Both the position numbers and the translations under genes were made by a program. A stretch of 64,000 nucleotides of DNA from a bacterium (GTDB lineage: Bacteria > Omnitrophota > Gorgyraeia > Zapsychrales > Zapsychraceae). The notes below the pieces were generated by a model. It saw only the letters and a program-made list of their open reading frames with translations. It was not told the origin of the DNA and ran no database searches. The stretch spans positions 194,239-258,238 of the forward strand of contig JAUIER010000002.1 in NCBI GenBank assembly GCA_030429765.1. Reading direction: 5' to 3'. Each line of letters opens with the position of its first letter. The first letter of the stretch is position 1. Shown in pieces: positions 52,532 through 63,147 of this stretch.

Positions 52532-52652
52532 ATTTTCGCTCGATTCTGGGTTTGTCTATAGGATTTATATTATACCTATTATATACAAATCGATTTCGGT
52601 GTAAAGGAGTTAATTTAACCCTTTATTTTGGAATAGTTTGTGGAAATTCGCC

Positions 52653-53558
52653 CTATTTCGCCTTAAGGAATTCATCCGGCATTTTCGTCGAGAATGACAG
52701 CCACTTTTTAGAATCCGGATGTTTAAAGCCAATAGATTGCGCATGAAGGGCCAGGCGGGGGAATGTCGATCGTTTGCCGTACTTGGAATCTCCGAGGATG
52801 GGGTGCCCCAGATGGCGCATATGGACCCGCAGCTGATGGGTGCGTCCAGTGTGTGGATACAGAGCAATGAGCGTATGCTTATTATTCCGACGGATCACAC
52901 GATACATCGTTCGCGCCTCTTTAGCCGAATCATCGTAGCGGACCATTTTCCGATCCCGATGTTTGGGATCCATCCCGATAGGCACATCAATCACGCCCTC
53001 ATCAAATTCAACCTCTCCCTCCACGATCGCCACGTACTGCTTTTTCACCACCCGTTTCTGAAATTGCTTGGCCAGCTTGGTATGCGTGATGTTGTCCTTG
53101 GCAACAATCATAAGACCGGAGGTTTCTTCATCCAATCGATGAATAATGCCTGGCCGGAGGTGATCCGGATTAAAATCCGACAGCGAAATCTTTCGATACA
53201 GCAATGCATTGACCAGCGTTCCGCGGTATCGGCCGCGGGCCGGATGGACCAACAACCCACTGGGTTTGTTCACGATGACAAACTGAGGACTTTCGTAAAA
53301 TATATCGATCGGGATGTCTTCTGGTTCAACATACTTCGGCGTCACAAATCCCTTGGGAATCGTGACACTGATGTCGTCACCCGTATTGATAAGATAGTTG
53401 GGTTTAACCGACTCTTCGTTAACCGTAACAAATCCCTGAGTGATAAGCTTCTTAACAAAAGAGCGCGACAGTTCCCCGTCCAATTTTTCAGCCAGATATA
53501 CATCAATCCGGCTGTGATGATCCGGCGCGTAAACTTTGATTTGAACAGTAGTAGACAT
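52653..53558 (-). CDS. rluD: 23S rRNA pseudouridine synthase, RluD/RluA family
   Basis: N-terminal S4-like domain and the HRLDEETSG catalytic motif. Confidence 0.85.
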   Translation of the reverse strand: MSTTVQIKVYAPDHHSRIDVYLAEKLDGELSRSFVKKLITQGFVTVNEESVKPNYLINTGDDISVTIPKGFVTPKYVEPEDIPIDIFYESPQFVIVNKPSGLLVHPARGRYRGTLVNALLYRKISLSDFNPDHLRPGIIHRLDEETSGLMIVAKDNITHTKLAKQFQKRVVKKQYVAIVEGEVEFDEGVIDVPIGMDPKHRDRKMVRYDDSAKEARTMYRVIRRNNKHTLIALYPHTGRTHQLRVHMRHLGHPILGDSKYGKRSTFPRLALHAQSIGFKHPDSKKWLSFSTKMPDEFLKAK

Positions 53559-53582
53559 GATGGCTCGACGAGAAAATATAAA

Positions 53583-54068
53583 TTAAGCGTCTTTTTCTGA
53601 ACTCAGCTGAAAGCACTTAATCGCAATGATGGCCGCGCCGATAGTAATCGCCATATCGGCCACATTAAACACCGGCCAGATGCGCAGATCAATAAAATCG
53701 ATCACGTACCCGTACACGATACGGTCAACCAGATTGCCAATTGCACCGGCGAGTATCAGTGAAAATCCGATGATGTAAGTCCTGTTTAGGGCCTCATCAT
53801 TCTGGCGGTAATAGTAAATATTAAAAATAAGAAGGATAATAGCGATGATGGGAATCACAATAAAGACAATGCCCTGATCTTTAAAAAAACCAAAGGCAAT
53901 TCCCGTATTGTGGACAAGCGACCAGTGAAAGACTCCGCGAATGACCGGGATCGATTCACCCAGATCCAGCAGGTCGGAGAAAAAAATCTTGGTGATCCGG
54001 TCGATGGCAACGAGACCGAATGTGACAAGAAGTGAAACGACAATATCGAATTGAGAGCGACCTCTCAT
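53583..54068 (-). CDS. lspA: lipoprotein signal peptidase (signal peptidase II)
   Basis: 161 aa; NTGIAFG and FNVAD motifs. Confidence 0.85.
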   Translation of the reverse strand: MRGRSQFDIVVSLLVTFGLVAIDRITKIFFSDLLDLGESIPVIRGVFHWSLVHNTGIAFGFFKDQGIVFIVIPIIAIILLIFNIYYYRQNDEALNRTYIIGFSLILAGAIGNLVDRIVYGYVIDFIDLRIWPVFNVADMAITIGAAIIAIKCFQLSSEKDA

Positions 54069-54074
54069 AGGGAC

Positions 54075-54461
54075 TTAGTATTGATTGGACTGTTCTAATT
54101 CTTCCTGATACTTCAGGCAATGTTCGGCATAAGGAATGGCTTTGAGACGGGCCTGTGTAATCGGCTTGCCCGTACCCAGACAAAAACCATAGGTTCCATC
54201 CTCAATCCGTTTGAGCGCCGCGTTGATTTTCTGCAGCACCTCCCGGTCATGTGAGGCCAAACCTAGGTTAAACTCTTTATCGTACATATCGGTGGCGACA
54301 TCGGCCATGTGCTGAACGTGACCGGAGACGTCTCCGGAATCACCGGAACCACCTGTTGAATCTGACATATTTTTGATATCGTGAACAAGATCTTCACGTA
54401 GTTTGAGGAGCAGTTTCTTGTAGTATTCCAACTTTTTTGCATCTAGCTTCCTATTTGGCAT
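54075..54461 (-). CDS. DksA/TraR-family transcription factor-like protein with a degenerate (2-Cys) zinc finger
   Basis: The start MPNRKLDAKK at 54461 is preceded by an AAGGAG Shine-Dalgarno site. A coiled coil is followed by C-LGTG...HC-LKY, which keeps only 2 of the 4 canonical Cys. The track ORF is longer. Confidence 0.7.
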   Translation of the reverse strand: MPNRKLDAKKLEYYKKLLLKLREDLVHDIKNMSDSTGGSGDSGDVSGHVQHMADVATDMYDKEFNLGLASHDREVLQKINAALKRIEDGTYGFCLGTGKPITQARLKAIPYAEHCLKYQEELEQSNQY

Positions 54462-54624
54462 AACAAAACTCCTTAAGTCGATGAGCGAACCAAGGGCCTT
54501 ATGGCCTCTTCTAGATTTTTCGAACGGTGAAGTATACCGCTCTGCAGATGGGATGTCAAGCAAAAGCTATGATCCATATACCGCTGCAAGTATATCGCTT
54601 GATTCCGGGAAAGGCAAATTCCGG

Positions 54625-55488
54625 CTATTGGACGTACTTGGAGATAATCGGGGCCAGGGTAATCTTTTTCTGCTCCGGGATCACGTCCGGATCCGTGATG
54701 ATCGCGTGCTTCAGGGCCTGCTGAGCCTTAAACTCTTTGAGGCGACCCACTTCGGGAATGGCCAGCTGGATGACCTTCTTGGCATTGGCTATATTCTGCT
54801 TGAGGTTGTTCATGATCACCTCCACCGTGACCGCATCATGGTCCGGATGCCAGCAGTCATAATCCGTCACCGAGCACAGTGAGGCATAGGCAATCTCGGC
54901 CTCACGGGCCAATTTGGCCTCGATCATATTGGTCATGCCGATGATGTCCATCCCCCAGCTGCGATACAGGTGAGATTCGGCCTTGGTGGAAAACTGCGGT
55001 CCTTCCATGTTGATATAGGTACCTTTTTCATGCACGGTCACACCCGCTTTTTGACAGCAGTCGATCAGCACTTTGGTGATTTCGGGTGAAACGGGTTCGT
55101 CCATGGAGACATGCGCGACAATACCTTCGGTAAAAAAACTGGTTTCCCGCGCCTTAAATGTCCGGTCGACAAATTGATCAGGAATGACAAAATCCATCGG
55201 CTTCATATCTTCGCGCAAACTGCCGCAGGCGGACACACTTAAAATGGCATCGACCCCCAGCCGTTTCATCTCGTAAATATTGGCCCGGTAATTGACCTCG
55301 CTCGGGGAAATGCTATGACCGCGTCCGTGACGCGACAAAAATACCACCTCCACATCCCCAAAACGTCCGGCCATAAAACGACCCGACGGCTGACCAAACG
55401 GCGTGTCGACGATCATCAGGTCATCCGTGATATCCACCCCTTCGATTTCGTATAGCCCACTACCACCGATAATTCCAATTTTCGCCAT
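54625..55488 (-). CDS. mtnP: S-methyl-5'-thioadenosine phosphorylase
   Basis: KIGIIGGSG and SRHGRGH motifs; 287 aa. Confidence 0.8.
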   Translation of the reverse strand: MAKIGIIGGSGLYEIEGVDITDDLMIVDTPFGQPSGRFMAGRFGDVEVVFLSRHGRGHSISPSEVNYRANIYEMKRLGVDAILSVSACGSLREDMKPMDFVIPDQFVDRTFKARETSFFTEGIVAHVSMDEPVSPEITKVLIDCCQKAGVTVHEKGTYINMEGPQFSTKAESHLYRSWGMDIIGMTNMIEAKLAREAEIAYASLCSVTDYDCWHPDHDAVTVEVIMNNLKQNIANAKKVIQLAIPEVGRLKEFKAQQALKHAIITDPDVIPEQKKITLAPIISKYVQ

Positions 55489-55491
55489 GTG

Positions 55492-56286
55492 TCACCTCGA
55501 CAATTGTTTTGCCCGCTGTTGGGCGGCTTTTAAAGCCTGTTTAACTATCACCTGAAATTTTTTCTGTTGCAGCACCGCCAACGCCGCAGCGGTGGTCCCG
55601 CCTTTGGACGTCACACGATGACGAAGCTCTTCAGCGCTGACCTTTTGCTGTTCCAATAAAGCCACAGATCCCTTCAAAGTCTGAAGCACAATGTCCTCAC
55701 TGACTCTTTGGTCCAGCCCCATAGAACGCGAGGCCTGCACGAGACTTTCAATAAATAAAAAAACATACGCGGGACCGCTTCCCGAGACAGCCGTGATCGC
55801 GTCCAGATCTTTTTCCGCGACCAAACGCGCTTCACCGACGGTACTAAACAGTTTTTGCACCTTCTTGAGATCGGCGGCAGATGCGGCCTTGCCCCCGGCT
55901 ATTCCCGTGACACCCAGGCCTGCTTGAGCCGGTAAATTGGGCATTGTCCGGATGACTTTGGACTTGATCGGCAGACGCTTCTCTATATACTGCGTTGTAA
56001 TTCCAGCTGCGATTGATACTACCACGTGACGACGTGTAATGTGCGGCGAAACAAGCTGTATCACCTCGTCGAAATTCTGGGGCTTAATCGCCAGGACAAT
56101 CATCTGCGATTGTTCACAGACACCCTTGATATCCCCGGACTTGACCTTGTATTTTCGCCTGAGTTGACTGACACGCCGCTTATCCAAATCACAAACCGAA
56201 ATAGAATAAACTTTGCAGGCACCGGCGATAATCGCCGCCCCCATATTTCCCGCACCGATAAATCCCACTTTTATCTTATTCGCCAT
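55492..56286 (-). CDS. proC: pyrroline-5-carboxylate reductase
   Basis: The start MANKIKVGFIGAGNMG at 56286 is preceded by a GAGGG Shine-Dalgarno site. The track ORF is 21 codons longer. Confidence 0.85.
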   Translation of the reverse strand: MANKIKVGFIGAGNMGAAIIAGACKVYSISVCDLDKRRVSQLRRKYKVKSGDIKGVCEQSQMIVLAIKPQNFDEVIQLVSPHITRRHVVVSIAAGITTQYIEKRLPIKSKVIRTMPNLPAQAGLGVTGIAGGKAASAADLKKVQKLFSTVGEARLVAEKDLDAITAVSGSGPAYVFLFIESLVQASRSMGLDQRVSEDIVLQTLKGSVALLEQQKVSAEELRHRVTSKGGTTAAALAVLQQKKFQVIVKQALKAAQQRAKQLSR

Positions 56287-56974
56287 GAAAAATTGCCCTC
56301 CCGATGCGGACCATATTGGATCCTTCTTCCAGCGCTGTTTCATAATCACCGCTCATACCCATTGAGAGCCACACGCAGTCCGACCGTTCGTGTTCCGCGG
56401 TCATCTGTTTGACCCTTGCAAAAATATCGGCCAACCCGCGAAAACAATCACGGACGATACCCTTATCCTCGGTGAACGGCGCCATCGTCATCAGACCCCG
56501 GATCCGCACATGCTCAAGCTCCATCACTAGCTTGACCATTTCATCGACCTGATCCGGATGCAATCCTGACTTTTGATCTTCCTGCGCCACATTAACCTGG
56601 ATCAGGATATCCTGAACCTTCCCTATATTACCGGCATGAGTATTGATCAGCCGGGCAAGCTTCGGACTATCGACGGATTCAATCAGATCAAAGACTTCCA
56701 CGGCAGATTTGGCCTTGTTACTTTGAAGATGTCCGACCAAATGCTTGACCATCTGGATATCCGATCCCAACTCATCGAACTTGGCGCGCGCGTCCTGCAC
56801 CCGATTTTCTCCGATATGAACAATACCGACCTCGACGGCCGAACGGATACTGTTGGCATCCGTATATTTGCTGATACCGACGACGATAATTTCGTTGGGG
56901 TCCCGGCCGATACGTTCACATACCCGGGCGATGTTTGCGCGAATTTTATTCACATTATCTATAATCATGGCCAT
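56276..56974 (-). CDS. yggS: YggS-family PLP-binding homeostasis protein
   Basis: 232 aa with an alanine racemase N-terminal-like TIM barrel. It is in the conserved pairing with proC. Confidence 0.8.
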   Translation of the reverse strand: MAMIIDNVNKIRANIARVCERIGRDPNEIIVVGISKYTDANSIRSAVEVGIVHIGENRVQDARAKFDELGSDIQMVKHLVGHLQSNKAKSAVEVFDLIESVDSPKLARLINTHAGNIGKVQDILIQVNVAQEDQKSGLHPDQVDEMVKLVMELEHVRIRGLMTMAPFTEDKGIVRDCFRGLADIFARVKQMTAEHERSDCVWLSMGMSGDYETALEEGSNMVRIGRAIFHGE

Positions 56975-57025
56975 AAGTTATCATATTCAAAAATGTTAGT
57001 CAACGAGTATAGATCGATCAACAAC

Positions 57026-59827
57026 CTATACCACCAGCACTGCGTCTTCATCTACAAAATTGACATCTGGATTAAGGATCTCATCCACCACGAAATCCAG
57101 CGCCCTCAAAAATATCTGATTGATCCGGTCATAATCCTGAGCCATACGCGCATCCACAAACTTTTCAACCTTCAATGTTCGCAGATTATAGATGCCGGCA
57201 TTGACCGGTTCACCGGAAAACTTTTTGGTCATATAGTAGAAATACAACGGAATCTGAAAGGACTTTACGTACTCCAGTATGTTGGCCCGGTTTAGATCCA
57301 TTTGCTCTATATGCTCAAACTTCTTGGGAATCGGATTCAAACTGCCGGTTTTGTAATCGACGATCATCAATGATCCATCCTGCATCCGGTCAATCCGGTC
57401 TACAATATAACTGAAACGGATATCTCCCGCCGACAATGGAATCGTATCTTCAAAACGGTGCTCAAGATACATTACCTGTTGAACCCGTCGGTCCGCCGAA
57501 CGGGCTTCATTGTCCAGAAAGCGCCGCACGCGCTCATGCAACACCGACTTAAGTAAAAAAGAATCCGACTTCATACTGCGGGCAAAAGTTGTGTCGAACA
57601 TCTCCTCGAATAAGGTCGACGCCTTCTTGAGCAACTGAGCGTTGATCACCGGTTGATGCCCCACAAATGGCTTGAATAGCTCATCGAGAAAATGATGGAT
57701 AAACGTCCCAACCTCACGCGCCTCAGGTTCATCCAGCAAATCTTCCTGCTCTCGCAGACCCAGCACATATTGGTAGTAGAAATCGATCGGATTTCGTAGA
57801 TAGCAATTGATACTGGAAGCTGAATATTTATGTTTCTTGAGCATCTCGATCATCTCGGGCGTTTTCTTCACCTCTTTGACTTCCGGCTGCACCCGGGAAT
57901 TAAATCGCGACTGAGCCACCTTAACCCCCTCCAGCGTCCCGCTCTGTTTTTGATGATCCCATACCAGTTCTTCAATAAAACGGCTTTTTTCATGTTCTTT
58001 GTTCTGCTGATAAACCAGGTGAACATTCTTCGCCGAGGAAATTAATCGCATAAACTGATAACGCTGGATTTCCTCATCGAGTTCAATCCGGTTGAGCCCC
58101 AGACTGATCATGACGTCCCGCGGGATCAGCGGCTCATATATGTCCAGGTTAGGCAGCACCCCCTCATTGGTGTCGAGTATGATCACATTGTCAAAATTCA
58201 GCGAGCGTGTCTCAAAAAGTCCCAGCAGCTGAAGTCCGGACAACGGTGAACCGATAAACGCGACGATCTCCGACGCGACTTTTCGATCGAAGACCTTGAA
58301 AATTTCAGCTTTGGGAAAATCCTCCTGGCTGAATGTTGACCGGCTAAACTCCTCCTGAATCTCGAAAATCTTATGGGCGATATTGAGATTCAGCGGATAG
58401 TTCTTCATGAAACTGCGTTCGACCAATTCATTCAGAAACTCTTTTAACACCCGGGCAAAGTCATCAAAATTTTGTATCCCTTCCCAGCATTCAAAAAAAT
58501 TCTGATGCAGATACCGCAAATCCGCCTTTAACTCCTTTAGGGAGGCCTGATCATCCTCGGCGTCGAGCATCGGCCGGATCAACTCGTACAATTCGTCTAA
58601 ATCTTCAACCTCGCTGAGATTAAAGAATATACTGCCGGACAATGACGTTCGCTCCTTGCCCTTAAGTACATCCTCGATTTTATAAATGATGGACCGGGTT
58701 CGATGGCTGGTTCCGGACAACATTAGATTTTTGGTAAACGGATGAAGCAGCACTTTTAGATAATCCCGCGCATAGTAAGCCTCATCTTTGCGGGATAACT
58801 GCGCCTGGAAGATCAATTCAAATAACGTATACAGACTGCTGCGCTTGAGTGGATATCCCATCGAAATATTAAACTTCTTAACACGATCCGTAATCGCGGA
58901 AAGCAGCGGAACAATATTGTCGGGATTCGGTAAAACGATAACCGTTTTATCCAGATCGTCTATATCCGTAAGCAAATGTCTGACCGTGGCGATCTGGGAA
59001 TGCGTATCAAACCCGGCGTATAGTTTAAGGTTAAACTGCGGCTGATCGACGTTCTCGCCTTCAAGGATCGACCAATCATGGCGTTTCGCCAACCGATTCA
59101 GGATCGGCCAGCGGCGCTGATCACCTTGAAAGAAAAATGTGACCTGATCCCGCCGGAATAATTCCTCCATTACACGTTCTTCGGATCGGTTAAAGTAGAA
59201 AAAATTACAGAATAACAACTGGTCAAATTCGTCCAGCTGAACCTCTTTGATCAGCTCCGCCGCGCGGCGGTACTGATATCCGCGTGAATAAACTTGTTGC
59301 TGATGCAACTGTGCGTGATACTCACGCCGCAACCGAACTATATGCTCGAGTAAATCATTGATATCCTGGGGCACCGCGAACCCAATCCGGGCGATGTTTT
59401 CGACATTGGTCAATTGCTTGTCTGAGATATCTTCCAGGTCGACTTGATCAATAAAACGCAAGAGTTCCCGGGACCATGGCAAAAACTGGGCGAATGTCGG
59501 CCGGCCCTTTAACAGATGTCGGGCATGTCGTTGAACCAGTTGATAGATCAGGTAACAGCTATCCAGATCACCGGTCACCGCGAATTTTTCCCGACGCTGA
59601 ACTATGCGGGTCATCATCTGGTCGATCGTGATAAATTCCGGTGGAAAAAAATGCCCCCCGACCCGACGCGCCAATTCACGTTTTAAAAACAGCCCCGGAC
59701 GCTTCCCGCCAAAGACAACCCCGATGCGTGATAAATCCGCTCCTGTTTCGATATATTCATCCTGGATATAATCCGCCAGGCGTTCTATAAAACTCTCACA
59801 AAAGCTGAATGTAATCACTTTATCCAT
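57026..59827 (-). CDS. AddB-like PD-(D/E)XK nuclease family protein (degenerate helicase N-domain plus C-terminal nuclease)
   Basis: The real start MDKVITFSF at 59827 overlaps the upstream gene's stop (ATGGATAA). The N-terminus carries a degenerate VVFGGKRPGLF P-loop and the C-terminus carries IVDYKTG. The track start at 60163 is a run-on in another frame of the upstream gene. Confidence 0.7.
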   Translation of the reverse strand: MDKVITFSFCESFIERLADYIQDEYIETGADLSRIGVVFGGKRPGLFLKRELARRVGGHFFPPEFITIDQMMTRIVQRREKFAVTGDLDSCYLIYQLVQRHARHLLKGRPTFAQFLPWSRELLRFIDQVDLEDISDKQLTNVENIARIGFAVPQDINDLLEHIVRLRREYHAQLHQQQVYSRGYQYRRAAELIKEVQLDEFDQLLFCNFFYFNRSEERVMEELFRRDQVTFFFQGDQRRWPILNRLAKRHDWSILEGENVDQPQFNLKLYAGFDTHSQIATVRHLLTDIDDLDKTVIVLPNPDNIVPLLSAITDRVKKFNISMGYPLKRSSLYTLFELIFQAQLSRKDEAYYARDYLKVLLHPFTKNLMLSGTSHRTRSIIYKIEDVLKGKERTSLSGSIFFNLSEVEDLDELYELIRPMLDAEDDQASLKELKADLRYLHQNFFECWEGIQNFDDFARVLKEFLNELVERSFMKNYPLNLNIAHKIFEIQEEFSRSTFSQEDFPKAEIFKVFDRKVASEIVAFIGSPLSGLQLLGLFETRSLNFDNVIILDTNEGVLPNLDIYEPLIPRDVMISLGLNRIELDEEIQRYQFMRLISSAKNVHLVYQQNKEHEKSRFIEELVWDHQKQSGTLEGVKVAQSRFNSRVQPEVKEVKKTPEMIEMLKKHKYSASSINCYLRNPIDFYYQYVLGLREQEDLLDEPEAREVGTFIHHFLDELFKPFVGHQPVINAQLLKKASTLFEEMFDTTFARSMKSDSFLLKSVLHERVRRFLDNEARSADRRVQQVMYLEHRFEDTIPLSAGDIRFSYIVDRIDRMQDGSLMIVDYKTGSLNPIPKKFEHIEQMDLNRANILEYVKSFQIPLYFYYMTKKFSGEPVNAGIYNLRTLKVEKFVDARMAQDYDRINQIFLRALDFVVDEILNPDVNFVDEDAVLVV

Positions 59828-62800
59828 CCACCGCCTCCGTGCTGTACGTATCCAGATATAGAATATAACCGCTGACGGTTTTATCCGGATAGAGCGATTT
59901 GAGGATATCGACATATTCGGACACCTGCTGATGAGACTTGCGTCGGTCCGCCGCTGAACTTTTATAGTCCACCACCCAAACCTCATTCTCAAAAACGAGG
60001 AGCCGGTCAATGCGTTTGGAATGACCGAGCCGGTTGATGACCTCACGCTCGGTAAAGACACGCGCGCCCTCAGGTCGAAAGAATCGTTGAAAGGCCTGTG
60101 CGTTGAGAATATTAATAAGTCTATCTCTATAATCCTCCACCTTATCCAGCCCCGGATAATCAAACTCTATCACCTCAAGACACTCATCCACTATCTGTTC
60201 GATATCCGTCCCGTTCAAATCTCCCATCCTCGCCAACATGGAATGCAGGATGGTACCCTCCTTACGCGCCGCGTATGATTCCAGCCGCTGGCTGGCGAGA
60301 TGTTCATCACTCAAATAATCCATCCAGTTATGGCGCGTCTCACACGCTAATGTCAATTCAGACTCCTCCACCGCCCTGGATTCAGATGGCCTCGCTGATG
60401 GTTCACCGCATTCGTACATTTCTTCCGGAACCAAAAAGTTCGCGATATTAAAGCTGTTGCCCGCTTTTTGCGGGATAAAGGCATACAACTCCTCACTCGC
60501 CCTTGTCAGCGCCACATAAACATTATTGAGTTCCGACATCAATGACTGCTTGTACTCCTTTCGGTAAATTTGATACAGCGCGTCGGAATACTTGTAATAG
60601 GTTTTTTTAAGACGCAGCAATTGCATGTGATCTCGATGCCGCTGCATCACGTAGGATTGCGCCGATTCGCTGGATTTGGAACCAACCTGAACATTCATCG
60701 CCAAGAACGGAACGATGACCACGGGAAACTCCAATCCTTTGGACTTATGGATCGTCAGGATCTTGACCGCATTCTGGTCCGGCATCCGGACATACAAACT
60801 TTCACCCTGAAGATTTTCAAAATATTCCAGGAATGATGCCACATCCGAATGCTCCTCCTCACGCTTCTTGATCAGCTCCAGCAAGTGCATAAAAAAACCG
60901 TGCTCGTCCGGAAAATTTGACAGACACCCCATTCGGTCATAGGCACTGATACACAATTCATACAATGGAAACAGCCCGACATTCTGATAAAATTCTTCGT
61001 AATATGTCTGCCACAGCTCATCAAATTCGGTACGGAAGCTTTGGTATAAATAGTAATCACGCTGATGCAGCATGGCCTCGCGGCAGCGAAAAACAAAGGC
61101 TTCAAATTCCTGGACGGGCCGCCCGGTGGCCTGACTGAACACATCACTCATGATAAACCGGGCGAAGGCCCGATTATCAATCGGTGAATTTAAAAATTGG
61201 AGAAATTCCAGAAACTCCGCGATGTGCTGATTCTCACGAATATCCGACGTACGCTCTGACTCCACCGGTATGTCGGCATCTAACAGCCACCCGGTCACCA
61301 GCTCGATCTGAGAATTATTCCGCGTTAAAATTGCGATGTCACCAAACTCAAACCGGCCCCGCACACCCTCCATCACCTCAAGAACCTCTTCACGCGTCAT
61401 CTCAACTCCTTCGTCCTTGGAGCCGGCATCGACATGACGGATGCGGACATATCCGCCATCCAACGATGGCTGGGCCTGCTGCTGCGAAGATTCAAAGACA
61501 TTCGACAGTTCCCGAAAATCATCGCCATGAAATTCAACCCGGGCGTCTGTCTTTTTATCGCGTTCGCGCTGTTCTTTCTGCGCGATAAACCGGTTCAAAT
61601 TGGACACCGAAAATACGGCATTGTTGAATTCCACGATCTGACGTTGACTGCGATAATTATTCAAAAGCGGTTCGGTTTTGACGTAGTCATGAAAATCGCG
61701 TTTGATCTCGTCAAACAGTTTGACATCTCCCCCGCGAAATCCGTAGATCGCCTGCTTACGATCGCCCACATAAAATAACGATCCGCCGGTTGATAACGCT
61801 TCTTCCGGCATCATCCGGAGATTGGACCACTGCAGACGGCTGGTGTCCTGAAACTCATCAATCAGATAGTGGGATATCCGTGTCGCGATACGAAAGTACA
61901 GTTCTTCAACCGTAATCCCTTCAGCATCAAACAGATTTCGGGCGCGTTTATTGAGCTCTTCCAGAAACAACACATCGTCACGCGCGGCGTCTTCATAAAA
62001 CAGAGTCATCACTTGCTGATAAACATCAACATACGGATTGTACAATCCGTAGGCCTCTTCATGACACAACCGGGCCATATCGGTGCGAATCACGTCCCAT
62101 AACTGAAAGACATCGGCCGATGCCTGAGCGCCTTTGTTCAAAGGCGGTTCCTCTTTGGCAAAATTGGGAACGCTATCGATATCGAAGATCGATTCATGAC
62201 TATCAATAAACTTTTTAAGCCCTTTACGAAAAGCTGCATTGGTTCGCTCCGGCAAAACATCATCCAACAGTTTGATGCGTTCAAGCAGTTTGCGTTTGAC
62301 CTCATTGATCTTCTTGCTACCGGAACGGCTTCGCTCATACTCCAATCCGTAAGTATTATTCTGATCATAGAGTGCCTTGACCACGCTCAGAATTTCAGCC
62401 TTGGGAAACCAGCCTTTGCGGTTTTCCAGGTACAGATAATTATTCAGAAACTCCTCAAACATCATGCGCACATCCGGATCAAAGGAGGCCTGATCCACCA
62501 AGCGATCCAGACTCACCTGAAGATAATCCATGGCCGTGGTCTTGATCTTAAAACTGGATGTGAGTCCAATGGTAAACGCACAGCCGGATAACAAGGTGTT
62601 AATAAATTTATCAATCGTTTGAACTTGAAAGAAATGGTAGGAGTGAATGATGCCTTCCATAATATGAAAGGCCTTCTCACGCGCAATGTCAGGATCCAAT
62701 CCCAGCGGATCCAGAATGTTGGTCCGGTCCGCCGGCTTGAGCTGATCCAGGGCAATGGCCTTGAGAAAATAAAGGATCCGTTCTTTCATCTCAAACGCCG

Positions 62801-62993
62801 CCTTGTTGGTAAAGGTCAGCGCCAGGACATTCTTGATCGGAAGCCGTTCCTCTTTGAGATCATACATCATCAATAACTGAACATAGCGCTTGGCCAGCGC
62901 GTAGGTCTTCCCCGATCCCGCGGAGGCCTCAACCACTCGGACTTCAGGAAACTGATAGATCACAGACGATTCGGATGACTTGAGTTGATTCAT
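59820..62993 (-). CDS. AddA/RecB-like UvrD-family helicase with C-terminal PD-(D/E)XK nuclease
   Basis: Walker A EASAGSGKTY, motif II DEFQD, motif III VGDRKQAIYGFRGGD, motif V TIHKSKGLEFP, motif VI ALTRA, and a C-terminal nuclease region RIDRL...VVDYKSS; 1057 aa. Confidence 0.8.
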   Translation of the reverse strand: MNQLKSSESSVIYQFPEVRVVEASAGSGKTYALAKRYVQLLMMYDLKEERLPIKNVLALTFTNKAAFEMKERILYFLKAIALDQLKPADRTNILDPLGLDPDIAREKAFHIMEGIIHSYHFFQVQTIDKFINTLLSGCAFTIGLTSSFKIKTTAMDYLQVSLDRLVDQASFDPDVRMMFEEFLNNYLYLENRKGWFPKAEILSVVKALYDQNNTYGLEYERSRSGSKKINEVKRKLLERIKLLDDVLPERTNAAFRKGLKKFIDSHESIFDIDSVPNFAKEEPPLNKGAQASADVFQLWDVIRTDMARLCHEEAYGLYNPYVDVYQQVMTLFYEDAARDDVLFLEELNKRARNLFDAEGITVEELYFRIATRISHYLIDEFQDTSRLQWSNLRMMPEEALSTGGSLFYVGDRKQAIYGFRGGDVKLFDEIKRDFHDYVKTEPLLNNYRSQRQIVEFNNAVFSVSNLNRFIAQKEQRERDKKTDARVEFHGDDFRELSNVFESSQQQAQPSLDGGYVRIRHVDAGSKDEGVEMTREEVLEVMEGVRGRFEFGDIAILTRNNSQIELVTGWLLDADIPVESERTSDIRENQHIAEFLEFLQFLNSPIDNRAFARFIMSDVFSQATGRPVQEFEAFVFRCREAMLHQRDYYLYQSFRTEFDELWQTYYEEFYQNVGLFPLYELCISAYDRMGCLSNFPDEHGFFMHLLELIKKREEEHSDVASFLEYFENLQGESLYVRMPDQNAVKILTIHKSKGLEFPVVIVPFLAMNVQVGSKSSESAQSYVMQRHRDHMQLLRLKKTYYKYSDALYQIYRKEYKQSLMSELNNVYVALTRASEELYAFIPQKAGNSFNIANFLVPEEMYECGEPSARPSESRAVEESELTLACETRHNWMDYLSDEHLASQRLESYAARKEGTILHSMLARMGDLNGTDIEQIVDECLEVIEFDYPGLDKVEDYRDRLINILNAQAFQRFFRPEGARVFTEREVINRLGHSKRIDRLLVFENEVWVVDYKSSAADRRKSHQQVSEYVDILKSLYPDKTVSGYILYLDTYSTEAVDG

Positions 62994-63087
62994 AAGATTT
63001 GATTCACTGGTGTTGGTGAGTGACTCATTATACTATCATTGGGTAGGATTGAAAATACCGGAATAAGATTCCGGACTGGAAGGCAAC

Positions 63088-63121
63088 AAAAAAGCCCCGT
63101 TTCTTTCAGTGAAACGGGGCC
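63088..63121 (-). terminator. rho-independent terminator insulating the helicase-nuclease operon from upstream transcription
   Basis: Minus strand: GCCCCGUUUC, loop ACUGAAA, GAAACGGGGC, followed by UUUUUU. Confidence 0.6.
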
Positions 63122-63147
63122 TCATAAGGATGATATATAATTATGTA

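Noticed and set aside
59828-60163. The N-terminal 112 aa of track ORF 57026..60163
   Set aside because: This stretch reads an alternative frame of the helicase gene's 3' end. The real start is the ATG at 59827, which overlaps the helicase stop.
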